DNA of 64,000 nucleotides from a virus (IMGVR_UViG_2852409570_000001:1529-65528), one strand, 5' to 3'; positions 9,902 to 19,357 are shown, counted from the stretch's first letter. Notes: generated by a model from the sequence alone, not told the origin. Numbers and translations: made by a program.

Positions 9902-10129
9902 AAAATATTCCCCTTAAATTTTATCCTTCTAATCAATTGTAAAATAATACTTTGTTTCTATAAACAAGAAATTAACCTTATAAATTTCACGTACTATATC
10001 CGATGTATAAAACCAAATTTTGCAATAAAACCTATTCTACCATCCGTCCCCTTATCCTCTAACCAAAAAAGTAGTAAATCCTCTATTTATTCCTCTATCT
10101 TAGTGATTCATTCCCCCATGAGTTAAACA

Positions 10130-10780
10130 CTCTCATATTTTTCTGCTTTTCTTCGTAATTAAGCTTGACTGAAGGTCTTGAGGGTTTTTATCATGTGGGA
10201 ACGATTATGGAACACGGCTGGAAGGCAGATTTATCCCCTACTTTGAAAGATCACAAAAAAGTAATCGATCAAAATAGATGGATAAGCGTCTTGTTTTCGC
10301 CATGCGGTCACTTATAAGGTATCCGTATGTATAGACCCTGTTCACTCAGCGATTTTCACCGCATACATCCTTTTACTATGGCTTGTCCTTGTAATATCGT
10401 CCCTACACGACAAACTGAATGTACTCCCTAGCACCGTAATGCTAACGATAACCACCCGAACCTTTTAGAGAATCGTCCCTGGGCAAGTTCTCGCCCTCCC
10501 TCACCAGAAGAACAGGATTCCGATGAGGGGTGCTGTTTTTGTAGGCGCATACTCTGTACCCCCTGCACGACCAACAGCTAGCCACGCCGTAACACGTTCC
10601 CGCTAAATAAATGTATGCAGCACGGAATTACGGCTTATCAGTTTTTATTTACGTGGTATCAGGCAATTCCACGCGAACAAAAAACAAAAAGGCATCTCCA
10701 ATCCTAAATGGCCTGTAGATCCACAAGACTTCTAGGTTTAGAGATGCCCGCTATATATCTTTTGACTACAAAAAATACAA
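10130..10780 (-). ncRNA. Putative large structured RNA / replication-control region
   Basis: No ORF >=60 aa in any frame, visibly higher GC than flanks, multiple stems; stem 10498-10529 pairs fully only on the - strand (G:U pairs). Confidence 0.5.
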
Positions 10781-10796
10781 TTCTAGCATTTACTAG

Positions 10797-10825
10797 TTGA
10801 ATTTTAGTCAAACAATAGATAAAAT
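10797..10825 (+). promoter_or_regulatory. sigmaA promoter within an inverted repeat, overlapping a divergent extended -10
   Basis: TTGAAT-17-TAAAAT; TGcTAGAAT on - strand at 10780-10788; TTTGACTA...TAGTCAAA IR 10761-10812. Confidence 0.7.
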
Positions 10826-10829
10826 GGGT

Positions 10830-11010
10830 ATATCAAAGAAGCCTCGTGAAAAGGCATAGTTGTTTAAGGTTAGTGGTGGTACACTTCTTAAACGTTAACA
10901 CTGTGGGTTAATACAGCTAATTTCTAGTCAAGTGGTGGTACACTTGCTAGAGCAAGTCATTCCCGCTAATGGTTGGTAGCCGTTAGCATATGGGAGTGGC
11001 TTTTTGTTTT
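10830..11010 (+). ncRNA. Putative ~180 nt sRNA with two identical-loop hairpins
   Basis: AGTGGTGGTACACTT at 10872-10886 and 10931-10945, each closing a stem; compound terminator 10955-11010. Confidence 0.6.
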
Positions 11011-11166
11011 GTGTTCATATTCAATTGTTTTTAATTTATCTTGTTCAATCTTCATGATCTTCGTTTATGTAAAATATCAAATTATGTTTTGTTTTGTAGA
11101 ATGTTGCTTGTTGTGTACTACGTTACAACAAGCTTTTTTGTTTGTAAACAGCGAAATGACAACTTA

Positions 11167-11488
11167 AAACTACGCACAAGTAGAAAAATATACCTACGAA
11201 AAAGTGTAAAAGTATACTTTTCTACCATACTTTTAAATTTGGTATACTGTTTCTAACTTACGCATAAGTAGAAATGTATACTTAAAGCCTCATATTTATA
11301 ATTTATTCCTGCTTTAAAATTGCGATTAACCCTTTATTAACGGTATATATATATAACACCTCTAAACTACGCATAAGTAGAAATGTATACTTTTACACCT
11401 TTAAAATCACCTACTCTATAAACTACGTATAAGTAGAAAAGTAGAAAAGTATACTAAAAAATCTTACGCTTTAGTATACTTTTCTACT
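11167..11488. repeat. Centromere/iteron-like repeats upstream of parA
   Basis: AAACTACGCAYAAGTAGAAAWGTATACT-like copies at ~11167, 11258, 11364, 11420 and an inverted copy at ~11473; GTATAC palindromic core. Confidence 0.85.
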
Positions 11489-11612
11489 CTTTCGATAAAT
11501 TTGTTAGAAAAACATAAACTTTTCTTCGGTATACTGTTGCGAATATTGTATATAGATGTTACATTTTACTCAAAGGTATACTTATTCGGAGTTTTATGGA
11601 GGAATGTCGAAA

Positions 11613-12443
11613 ATGACTAGACAAGCAACTACATACGTAATCGGTAACTTTAAAGGCGGAGTTGGAAAAACTAAAACAGCTACAATGTTGGCTTATGAAG
11701 CAGCTACTGTATTTAATGAGAAATGTCTATTAGTGGATATGGATCCTCAGGGGAATGCTACAAGAGTCCTTGCTAAAACAGGTGACATTGAACAAATAGA
11801 CAAGTCTATTACAGATGCATTTTTAAATCAAAATTTAGAGAATGAGATTATCCCAGTTATCGAGAATTTGGATATCGTTCCATCTAATACTTCATTTAGA
11901 AAACTTTCAAAAATCCTCTTTGATATGTTCCCAGAAGATGAACTTGCACAAATTACATATTTAAAGAAGTTACTAGAACCATTAAAAGATAAATATGATC
12001 GTATCTACATTGACGTACCACCAACAATCAGTGACTACTCAGATAACGCTATGATAGCAGCTGATTATTGTATCATCGTTCTACAAACACAAGAGTTATC
12101 TTTAGAAGGTGCTCAAACATACATCGCTTATATGCAGTTCTTAGCAGAAACATATGATGCAGACCTACAAGTTTTAGGCATTATCCCAATGATGTTACAT
12201 CAAGGAAAACGAGTGGATAATAAAGTATTACAACAAGCCCAAGAAATGTATGGTGGAAACGTTCTAAATACAATCGTCAGATATCAAGAGCGCCTAAAAG
12301 TATACGATATTGAAGGTATTCATAAAAACGTAAACGTTAGCGGTAATATTGATATGTGGGATGAAAAAGCTCACCAACTATTCATCGATGTTCTTAGTGA
12401 ACTTAATGAACATGAAAATTATTTTGCTACTATTAACGCTTAA
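11613..12443 (+). CDS. parA: ParA/Soj partition ATPase (type Ib-like)
   Basis: Deviant Walker A KGGVGKT, DMDPQGNAT, IDVPP; GGAGGA RBS favours the ATG at 11613 over the ORF-track start 11556. Confidence 0.95.
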   Translation: MTRQATTYVIGNFKGGVGKTKTATMLAYEAATVFNEKCLLVDMDPQGNATRVLAKTGDIEQIDKSITDAFLNQNLENEIIPVIENLDIVPSNTSFRKLSKILFDMFPEDELAQITYLKKLLEPLKDKYDRIYIDVPPTISDYSDNAMIAADYCIIVLQTQELSLEGAQTYIAYMQFLAETYDADLQVLGIIPMMLHQGKRVDNKVLQQAQEMYGGNVLNTIVRYQERLKVYDIEGIHKNVNVSGNIDMWDEKAHQLFIDVLSELNEHENYFATINA

Positions 12444-12457
12444 GGAGGAAGTTCATA

Positions 12458-12859
12458 ATGTCTAAAGCGCCATTTCAGCCTATAGTCACAAAACCTGGAA
12501 ACACTTTAAATGACAAAGGTGTACAGATAAAAGGAACTAACGATTTTGGCCGTAATAGTGAGCCTGTTAAAAAACAAGTTATTAAGCCTATTATCAATAA
12601 AGGAAAAGTAGCAGCTCCTGAGAAGCCTGATCAACGTTTAGTTCCATCTAAAACGGCTAAAATTTCACCAGCTGTTTTATTAAAGCTAAATACACTTAAA
12701 CCATTTATAAAAGAACAAGAAAGCATGGATAAAGCATCGATTAATAGTATTATTGATATGCTTCTTGAAAGTTATGTAAATACTAAACTAACAACGAGAC
12801 AATCTGAAGGTTATAAAGGGATGTACAAGCACCTTTATGAAATGCTGGAAAAGAAATAA
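12458..12859 (+). CDS. Small partition partner (putative centromere-binding protein)
   Basis: Directly downstream of parA with AAGGAGG RBS; flexible N-terminus plus RHH-like KTAKISPAVLLKLNTLK. Confidence 0.65.
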   Translation: MSKAPFQPIVTKPGNTLNDKGVQIKGTNDFGRNSEPVKKQVIKPIINKGKVAAPEKPDQRLVPSKTAKISPAVLLKLNTLKPFIKEQESMDKASINSIIDMLLESYVNTKLTTRQSEGYKGMYKHLYEMLEKK

Positions 12860-12881
12860 CACGTGAAAAGTTTAAATAGGA

Positions 12882-13175
12882 GTGGTACCTGTGGAAAATA
12901 AAAATAATTCATTTGTAGTAACAGTTACGCCTATTACCGACAACTTAGATTTAAACACAGACAAGAATTTACAGGCGCCCGAGAAAAAGAAGTTTAAAAA
13001 CCAACAAGGAAGTATTAAGGTTTCTAATGAATCGAAAGTAGAACTTGAAGCACTTATGAAAATTACCAACAAGAAATTCGCTCATGAAATAATCAATCTA
13101 CTTATAGATAATTATGTAGAAAAAGAATTAACTGCAGAGCAGAAAATGAAATTCAAATTATTGACTGGAATATAA
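12882..13175 (+). CDS. Second small RHH-like protein of the par operon
   Basis: SIKVSNESKVELEALMK...IINLLIDNYV resembles the preceding protein's C-terminus; followed by terminator 13176-13218. Confidence 0.65.
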   Translation: MVPVENKNNSFVVTVTPITDNLDLNTDKNLQAPEKKKFKNQQGSIKVSNESKVELEALMKITNKKFAHEIINLLIDNYVEKELTAEQKMKFKLLTGI

Positions 13176-13543
13176 AAAGAAGTATCCCTGAATCTAATTA
13201 GGGATACTTCTTTTTTATGAGGTACCTTCAGTATTTCAGAAAAAAACAACGCTAAGAGTATACATAAATTTATACAATTTTTCGAGTAATCCAGTAACAA
13301 ACGAGAACCCGAAAACCGCACCATGATAGGAATGTATAAAAAATTGTATACATCCATAGAACAAAAAAGGCGGATTCCCTTTGAAAGTAAGAGGCTGCCT
13401 TTTTCTTTGCTACCGATAATGAGACGTTATGTTAATTAGGGTGTATAAAGTATGCATTCCATCCTTTCAGATCTTCTTCAACTAAAAGGCCCGATTATTG
13501 TATAAAAAGAAACCATTTTGTTTAAGAAAAATACTAATCTTTG

Positions 13544-13598
13544 AATCTTAATGTAACATATAATATACATAAGGTAAATTATATGTTACATTAAGATT
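13544..13598. promoter_or_regulatory. 21-bp perfect inverted repeat (operator) upstream of XRE gene
   Basis: AATCTTAATGTAACATATAAT-13-ATTATATGTTACATTAAGATT. Confidence 0.8.
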
Positions 13599-13610
13599 GG
13601 AGGATATGCT

Positions 13611-13817
13611 ATGAAAAATAACGTAAAGCTCGCCCGTATAAAAGCGGAGTTAACACAGCAAGAACTTGCCGATGTGGTAGGTATTACTCGGCAAACAATC
13701 AGTTTAATTGAAAAAGGAAAATATAATCCATCATTAAAATTGTGCTTACAAATTTGTTATGCGGTAAATGCCAAATTAGATGAGATTTTTTGGGTTAATA
13801 GGGAGGAATTCGAATGA
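13611..13817 (+). CDS. XRE/HTH_3 regulator
   Basis: TQQELADVVGITRQTISLIEKGKYNPSLKL. Confidence 0.92.
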   Translation: MKNNVKLARIKAELTQQELADVVGITRQTISLIEKGKYNPSLKLCLQICYAVNAKLDEIFWVNREEFE

Positions 13818-14248
13818 AAAAAATCACTGATGAACGACTAATAGTACAAAATTTACAACACATAAAAATAGCTTATATAGTACAAACAATCGGGGTTCTC
13901 AGTATTCTTGGCTATGAAATCTTTAAAGGTGGCATAGAAGGAATGACGAAGAACCCACTATGGATGGTTTTCATGCTTACTTCCATTATCTACAGTTATC
14001 TGAACATGAGTGTTAGTGTAGAGCATGAAAGAAAGCTAAAAAATCCAGTAACTTCGTTAATTATAAGTCTCATTGTGGTCACAATCATTGCACTTGTTTT
14101 TGCCATCCTTACGTCCATTACCCCAAACTTCAACTGGGCCAACGGCTTATTGATAGGAGGAATTATATTTGTTTGTGGAGTTATCCCTGTTTCTTATGTG
14201 TACCGTCTTAGGATTAAACAAGAAAGAGATCTGGAGGAAAATGACTAA
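13814..14248 (+). CDS. Four-TM membrane protein coupled to the XRE gene
   Basis: ATGA overlap; four hydrophobic segments. Confidence 0.8.
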   Translation: MKKITDERLIVQNLQHIKIAYIVQTIGVLSILGYEIFKGGIEGMTKNPLWMVFMLTSIIYSYLNMSVSVEHERKLKNPVTSLIISLIVVTIIALVFAILTSITPNFNWANGLLIGGIIFVCGVIPVSYVYRLRIKQERDLEEND

Positions 14249-14305
14249 GCAATACCGATAACGATAATTATGTAAATGTGCTAGTGGGGAAACCATTGGA
14301 AGTAC

Positions 14306-14362
14306 GGGATGAGATTGCTGCATCGAAAGAGAAGAAAAAGCCGTGGTGGAGGTTCTGGTAAA
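14306..14362 (+). pseudogene. C-terminal remnant of a DUF3967-type gene
   Basis: Translates DEIAASKEKKKPWWRFW*, matching NEVAAAKERKPWWKFW* of 15164-15751. Confidence 0.7.
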
Positions 14363-14373
14363 GGATTTAGAAT

Positions 14374-14420
14374 AAACTACGCAAAAGTAGAAAAGTATAC
14401 ATTTCTACTTTTCTACTTTG
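14374..14420. repeat. Orphan copy of the parA-upstream repeat
   Basis: AAACTACGCAAAAGTAGAAAAGTATACATTTCTACTTTTCTACTTTG. Confidence 0.8.
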
Positions 14421-14554
14421 TTGGAAGATGTATTTATTATTATATTTTTAACATAAATGGGTATAGTCAGCATTTCGAAAAAACAACGCTAAGCAAAAAA
14501 TAAGCTGTCCATATAGGCAGCTTATTTACATAATTATCGATAGAGGAAATAGTT

Positions 14555-15055
14555 TTAAGCATCAGGTAACACAAATTCCATTTGGCGACTCTGTGTTTTA
14601 AATCCAAGTTTTTCATAGAATTGTATAGCCTTCTTGTTAAATTCTAAAACATTTAATTCTACACTTGTTGCTTGTATTTCTTTAGCATACTCAAATGCTT
14701 TTTGAACTAATATTTTTCCTATTCCTGTTCCTTGACATATTTCACTGACACCAATATTGCGGATAAAGAGTACTTTTCGCTCAACTAACTTTGGATTTTC
14801 GGATGGTTCTTTAATATCTAAAATTATGTAAGCAAGAATCTCTTTATTATTGTCCTCTACTACAAATATCTCTATGGTTTTATCATTAAGCCACTCTTCG
14901 TATGCATTGTGATCCAAAGAAGCTGAAGTATCAGAGTAAATATCTGGTCTTCCCTCTATATGTAACTGTTGAACTTGCTTGTTTATATTTGATATATTCC
15001 AAAAATCTTCTGGAGTAGCTAGTCTTACTGTGAAAGGCAAAACTTCATTAGACAT
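14555..15055 (-). CDS. GNAT acetyltransferase
   Basis: IGVSEICQGTGIGKIL motif A; NKKAIQFYEKLGF. Confidence 0.9.
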   Translation of the reverse strand: MSNEVLPFTVRLATPEDFWNISNINKQVQQLHIEGRPDIYSDTSASLDHNAYEEWLNDKTIEIFVVEDNNKEILAYIILDIKEPSENPKLVERKVLFIRNIGVSEICQGTGIGKILVQKAFEYAKEIQATSVELNVLEFNKKAIQFYEKLGFKTQSRQMEFVLPDA

Positions 15056-15163
15056 AAGTCCATTCCTCCAAATGTTTTATTTAAATTGATTTTAACAAAG
15101 CGCATCATTATCCGTAGCGAAGACAAAGAGGAACCCTACTCTCACAAGGGAACCGCCTTGTTT

Positions 15164-15751
15164 TCACCAGAACTTCCACCACGGCTTCCTCTCTTTCGCT
15201 GCAGCAACCTCATTTCGAAATTCTTGCATCACTCTCTTCGTTTCCTGCATTTCTCGTAATGTCTTCATCAAAGTCTCATCACGCGCTTCCAATCGTTTTT
15301 CCACTCGTTCATTATGTGCTTCTACGCTTGCTTTGATTTCCTCGTTACTTTGCTTCGCCTGCTCACTTAATCGTTTCTCCATCGCTAACATACTCTGATT
15401 CATTTCTTGCGCCATAACGCTGTACTGTTCCTGTAATTGCTGTTTAATGTGGAATGGCACTAAATCCGTTTCTTCAGCCTCTTCTTGAATCAGATCCGGA
15501 TTAACTTTCTCTATTTGCTGCGCAATCATCTTCGCTGCTTTCTCTAGCGTCATACCGTCATGCTTACTCAGTTCAATTAATTTCTCAATCACCATAATGT
15601 CATTGTCTGTGTATTGGCGTCTGCCACGGTTATCTTTCTTTACTGCGAATCCCTCGCGCTGTAATACTTCCATGTACTTTCTAAGGGTGCTATCACTTAT
15701 TCCTAGTCTTTTGTATACTTCACTAGCAGAATAAACAATTTCGTCCGTCAT
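15164..15751 (-). CDS. MerR-like HTH plus DUF3967 coiled-coil protein
   Basis: YSASEVYKRLGISDSTLRKY HTH; ERD.TLM..LRE...KPWWKFW tail. Confidence 0.8.
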   Translation of the reverse strand: MTDEIVYSASEVYKRLGISDSTLRKYMEVLQREGFAVKKDNRGRRQYTDNDIMVIEKLIELSKHDGMTLEKAAKMIAQQIEKVNPDLIQEEAEETDLVPFHIKQQLQEQYSVMAQEMNQSMLAMEKRLSEQAKQSNEEIKASVEAHNERVEKRLEARDETLMKTLREMQETKRVMQEFRNEVAAAKERKPWWKFW

Positions 15752-15843
15752 AACGTCACAACACCTCCTAGTGAGAGTATTCCATGATGAGTAGCAAATT
15801 CCTGCAAAGAAAAAAGCCCTGTATAAACAGGACTTTTTCTTAA

Positions 15844-16275
15844 TTATTTAAATTGCCAATTTACCACATAGTTCCACGGACTATTTTGGCTATATGGCAT
15901 TACACCAATACGTAAATAATAAGTTTTACTAGGGTTAATGCTTACAGTCTTTGGTGTTTCAGACATTGTCCATGAACCTAAAAGTCTACCATACTCGCTA
16001 TCTTCATAAATAGAAATTTTAGTATCTGAGTGTCCCCATAAATCCACAGAAAGTGATTTTTGACTTAAACTCGAAGCTTTTACTGGAATTAAACGATAAG
16101 CACTAATAGAATAAAGTGTTCCGTCAGTTTGCCCATTACCTACATCAACCGATGCTATGGAATTGGATGAAACCTTTTTATCAACTACCTTAGGTTGTTC
16201 GGCTGCAAATGCTCCTCCGGCCCCAGATAAAGCAATCCCAGTTGCTAATGCCCCAATTGCTAGTTTCTTTAACAT
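15844..16275 (-). CDS. Secreted hypothetical protein
   Basis: Signal peptide MLKKLAIGALATGIALSGAGGAFA, closely similar to that of 282-575. Confidence 0.75.
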   Translation of the reverse strand: MLKKLAIGALATGIALSGAGGAFAAEQPKVVDKKVSSNSIASVDVGNGQTDGTLYSISAYRLIPVKASSLSQKSLSVDLWGHSDTKISIYEDSEYGRLLGSWTMSETPKTVSINPSKTYYLRIGVMPYSQNSPWNYVVNWQFK

Positions 16276-16460
16276 AAAAAATCCCCCTTTAATAGTTTTA
16301 TAGCTTGCACCTTCATCATACTTTCGATTTTCGTAAATGTAAATATATTACAATTTTAGAAACATAAAACTATTTATTGCGAATGTTGAGTTAAGATATG
16401 TTGTCTGATAATAACGATAGATGGTTATTATCATATGAAAAAGTCCTACATTAAGTAGGA

Positions 16461-16949
16461 CTAGATAGCCTTAGCGATCTCAACAAGCAATCTCATAAAC
16501 AACGGAATCATTTGGACTACTATATATCCGATCCCTGCCCTTGATATAAGAGAGAATCCCCGTTCCTGGCTACCAACCATAATGAATAGACCGCCGTATA
16601 ACGCTACAACGGATGCTATCGGATATGACACTGCTTTAATTAAGAAAATGACTGGTTCAAATGCATTCACAATACGATTGTACAGTTGGCCATCTATATA
16701 ATTTTTTATCTTCCCATCGTTTGACTGCACATCTTTAAATACTTCATTCACGTCTGGGTTATTACCGTCAGCAAATACATGCGGAATATCTATAATATTG
16801 CTGAATATAATAGCACTACCGATCACAATACTTATTCGCGCCGCCACGGGTACGTATTTTTTTGCTTTCTTTTTGAACAAGCTCCACTTTTTCTTTGCCC
16901 CATAGTTGCCATCCATAAAATCTTTGATGCTCATTGTCTCTGCTGCCAT
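16461..16949 (-). CDS. Membrane protein of the FtsK/Replic_Relax module
   Basis: Likely start MAAETMSIKDF after GGGAG; TM segments; YPIASVV...GLSLISRAGIGY-type motif typical of this cereus-phage module. Confidence 0.7.
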   Translation of the reverse strand: MAAETMSIKDFMDGNYGAKKKWSLFKKKAKKYVPVAARISIVIGSAIIFSNIIDIPHVFADGNNPDVNEVFKDVQSNDGKIKNYIDGQLYNRIVNAFEPVIFLIKAVSYPIASVVALYGGLFIMVGSQERGFSLISRAGIGYIVVQMIPLFMRLLVEIAKAI

Positions 16950-16968
16950 ATGGACCATCTCCCTATTT

Positions 16969-17565
16969 TTAATGGAAATCAGTAACTGTAAAGATGTTGC
17001 AATCCAATCCCTCACAAAGCTTCTGGAGTTGTTTTCTGCGATATTCCGTTGTGGTGTACCAAATAAATTTAGGTGGCTTCTCAAACACATTGCATTCAAT
17101 CAATTTACGATACTTCTGCATCTTGATACGGTTTGCGCTCATCTTTTGCTCATGATCCACTTCTACAATGTGATAACGGCCATTATCAGTGAATAGTGCA
17201 TCTGCAATTATGGAAACGATACCTTTCACATTCATTTTCACTTCCTGCTTCCACGTTTTCGGGCATTCATAAGCGATGTAGATATCATTCCTCATAATGT
17301 AATGGCGAAATTGATTCGAACGCTTGAGTATTTTCTTGCTTCCGATACGTTCGCGCCCTTCTTTGTTGAGATAATACACCTTCTCTCCATCCCTAAAGCT
17401 AGAAACATATTCTTCAAGAGACTTCATTACACGGGAAGCATTCCTGTCACCACCAAGGTCATGGAGTACTTGGATTTGCTTCCTGCTAAGAAAGCCGAGT
17501 TTCTTCAAGCTCAAGAGTATACTTTCCGTTCTCGCTTCCTTCATGGCTAGTTTTTGCATCTTCAT
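16969..17565 (-). CDS. Replication-relaxation (Replic_Relax) family protein
   Basis: N-terminal wHTH, HYIMRND, ADALF...HIVEVDHEQKMSAN..K...Y PD-(D/E)XK-like motif. Confidence 0.8.
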   Translation of the reverse strand: MKMQKLAMKEARTESILLSLKKLGFLSRKQIQVLHDLGGDRNASRVMKSLEEYVSSFRDGEKVYYLNKEGRERIGSKKILKRSNQFRHYIMRNDIYIAYECPKTWKQEVKMNVKGIVSIIADALFTDNGRYHIVEVDHEQKMSANRIKMQKYRKLIECNVFEKPPKFIWYTTTEYRRKQLQKLCEGLDCNIFTVTDFH

Positions 17566-18781
17566 GCTCCTTCCTCGCTCTGATGTTAATGTGTGGCTTT
17601 ATGATGTTATCTATTTGCTTATTATCGATATAAACCGTCTGTAGGACCTTCTTCTCATTTGTTTGGTATATCGCTCTCCCCTTTATGTTAGGAAGCATTT
17701 CTGCGCCGCCCTCATCAAGTACAGCACGGCTCCCTGCCTCTGTCTGTAATCTAAAACAAACACGAGCGCCAATGTTTTGTCGTAGCTGCGATGGTAACGC
17801 TTCGTTTGTTGGGTACTGTGTCGCATACACCAAGCGAAATCCCGCTGCCCTGCCACGACGCCCTATATCAACAATGATGTCCCTGCACTCCTGATATGGC
17901 GCTATGTCGGCTGCTTCATCAACAATTACAAAGTAACGTACTGGATCCCCAGCTTCTTTTATATCTTCGTATCCTTTTTCTAGTAAGTATTCGTTTCTAG
18001 CATTCAGTTTATCTTGCAATTCCCTTAGAGTCTCTAGGGCTTCCTCTGGATTCTTCGCAATTGATTCGACCTGGTTTAAGAATCTGTAACGGTTAAAAGA
18101 GAGACCACCCTTCAAATCTATAAGGAATAGCTTTGTATTTTCTGGTTGGTTGCGTACCAGGGATGTAATTATAAGTTTTAATACATTTGATTTACCCATA
18201 TCCGTCATGCCGGCTGATATCATGTGCGCTAGTTGATCAAAATCATGTTTTATCAATCCATCCCTCGTATAACCAATCGGAACCTCCCAACCTCTACATT
18301 GCCTCATCATATCCTCTACAAATTTAACGAAATTAGGTATTCCTTTCTCATAAACGCGTATTTTTAATAAACCATCGTAAGACAGCTCAATTTCCTTTCT
18401 AACGAGTTTTTTCTTATTTATGATGTTTTGTATTTGTTTTAAGATATCTTTTCGCAGTCGAAGAGATTTGAAGTCTTGTAGTTTGAAATCATAAACCTTG
18501 CTCTTGTGATTTAATCCATCCTCTAAATGTTGTATTTTTTGTTCGAAATCGGAGAAGCTAAGACCAAGCGGTATTCTATACGCATATTCAACTCCCCAAT
18601 TATTCCTCGTTTTGCGAAGCAGCTGTATAGTCCTAGTCTCTTTCCCTTCTTTTACTTTTAATCCGCAGTTCGCGCAGATCCTTTGAATCTTGGATGCATC
18701 ATTTGTTGCTCCTTTTTGATGCATTTTTGATAGAAAGACTACACCACCGACAGCAGCTGAACTAACTAACTCAAATATCAC
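17486..18781 (-). CDS. FtsK/SpoIIIE-domain ATPase
   Basis: AGMTDMGKS Walker A, LIDLKGG, VIVDEAAD Walker B, GRAAG..LVYATQYP. Confidence 0.9.
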   Translation of the reverse strand: MIFELVSSAAVGGVVFLSKMHQKGATNDASKIQRICANCGLKVKEGKETRTIQLLRKTRNNWGVEYAYRIPLGLSFSDFEQKIQHLEDGLNHKSKVYDFKLQDFKSLRLRKDILKQIQNIINKKKLVRKEIELSYDGLLKIRVYEKGIPNFVKFVEDMMRQCRGWEVPIGYTRDGLIKHDFDQLAHMISAGMTDMGKSNVLKLIITSLVRNQPENTKLFLIDLKGGLSFNRYRFLNQVESIAKNPEEALETLRELQDKLNARNEYLLEKGYEDIKEAGDPVRYFVIVDEAADIAPYQECRDIIVDIGRRGRAAGFRLVYATQYPTNEALPSQLRQNIGARVCFRLQTEAGSRAVLDEGGAEMLPNIKGRAIYQTNEKKVLQTVYIDNKQIDNIIKPHINIRARKEHEDAKTSHEGSENGKYTLELEETRLS

Positions 18782-19071
18782 AAACTCACACCACCGTTCT
18801 TTCTGTATTCTGCAAGAATAGTCCCTGAAGATTAGAAGAGATAAAAACAGCTATGAATCATTGAAAATACTAATCTTTCAATGTCTAAAGTATTATTCTG
18901 TGACCGTATTCTATTCGGAATAGGTGAAACGAAGTTTTAACAGGCTATCAAATCGGAACTGAGAATCGTAATTTGTTTGGTATGGTAAAGAGTATTCTGT
19001 ACTGTTTGGTCTTTATGTCAGTTTTTTTCTCGTGTTTAAAAAAATGACGAAAAGGGCAAGCTATTCATGAG

Positions 19072-19302
19072 GTGGTAAAGGTGTTTGGATTAGGCAAAAA
19101 ACGTAGTAAATTTGGTAAGTGGTTAGATAAACAAGGAATCACACAAGGGGAATTAGAGAAGGCTGCTAAGTTGAGTAGGGGTACTATTTCAAAAGTTTGT
19201 AATGATAAAGAATACACACCTAAATTTTCGACTATATCCCAAATAACAAGGGGATTGAAGAAGTTAGGGAAAAACATAAATGAAAATGAATTTTGGATGT
19301 AG
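19072..19302 (+). CDS. XRE-family HTH regulator divergent from the FtsK module
   Basis: SKFGKWLDKQGITQGELEKAAKLSRGTISKVC. Confidence 0.85.
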   Translation: MVKVFGLGKKRSKFGKWLDKQGITQGELEKAAKLSRGTISKVCNDKEYTPKFSTISQITRGLKKLGKNINENEFWM

Positions 19303-19357
19303 CTTCACTAAAACCGGTGGGGCTATTTTTATTTTTTTATAAAAACCTCTTCATAAA

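Noticed and set aside
9224-10780. Group I or group II intron containing the LAGLIDADG-like ORF
   Set aside because: No flanking split exons, no ordered P/Q/R/S core and no domain V or GUGYG end were recognisable by eye. An Infernal search would settle this.
10973-11256. Two overlapping short ORFs upstream of parA as a possible Rep
   Set aside because: No RBS, no Rep motifs, and they overlap the terminator and repeat region.
14309-14503. 64-aa ORF in the track
   Set aside because: It is an off-frame reading of the DUF3967 remnant and the par-type repeat.
16461-17099. ORF-track start at 17099 for the membrane protein
   Set aside because: It overlaps the relaxase-family gene; the RBS supports a start near 16949-16958.
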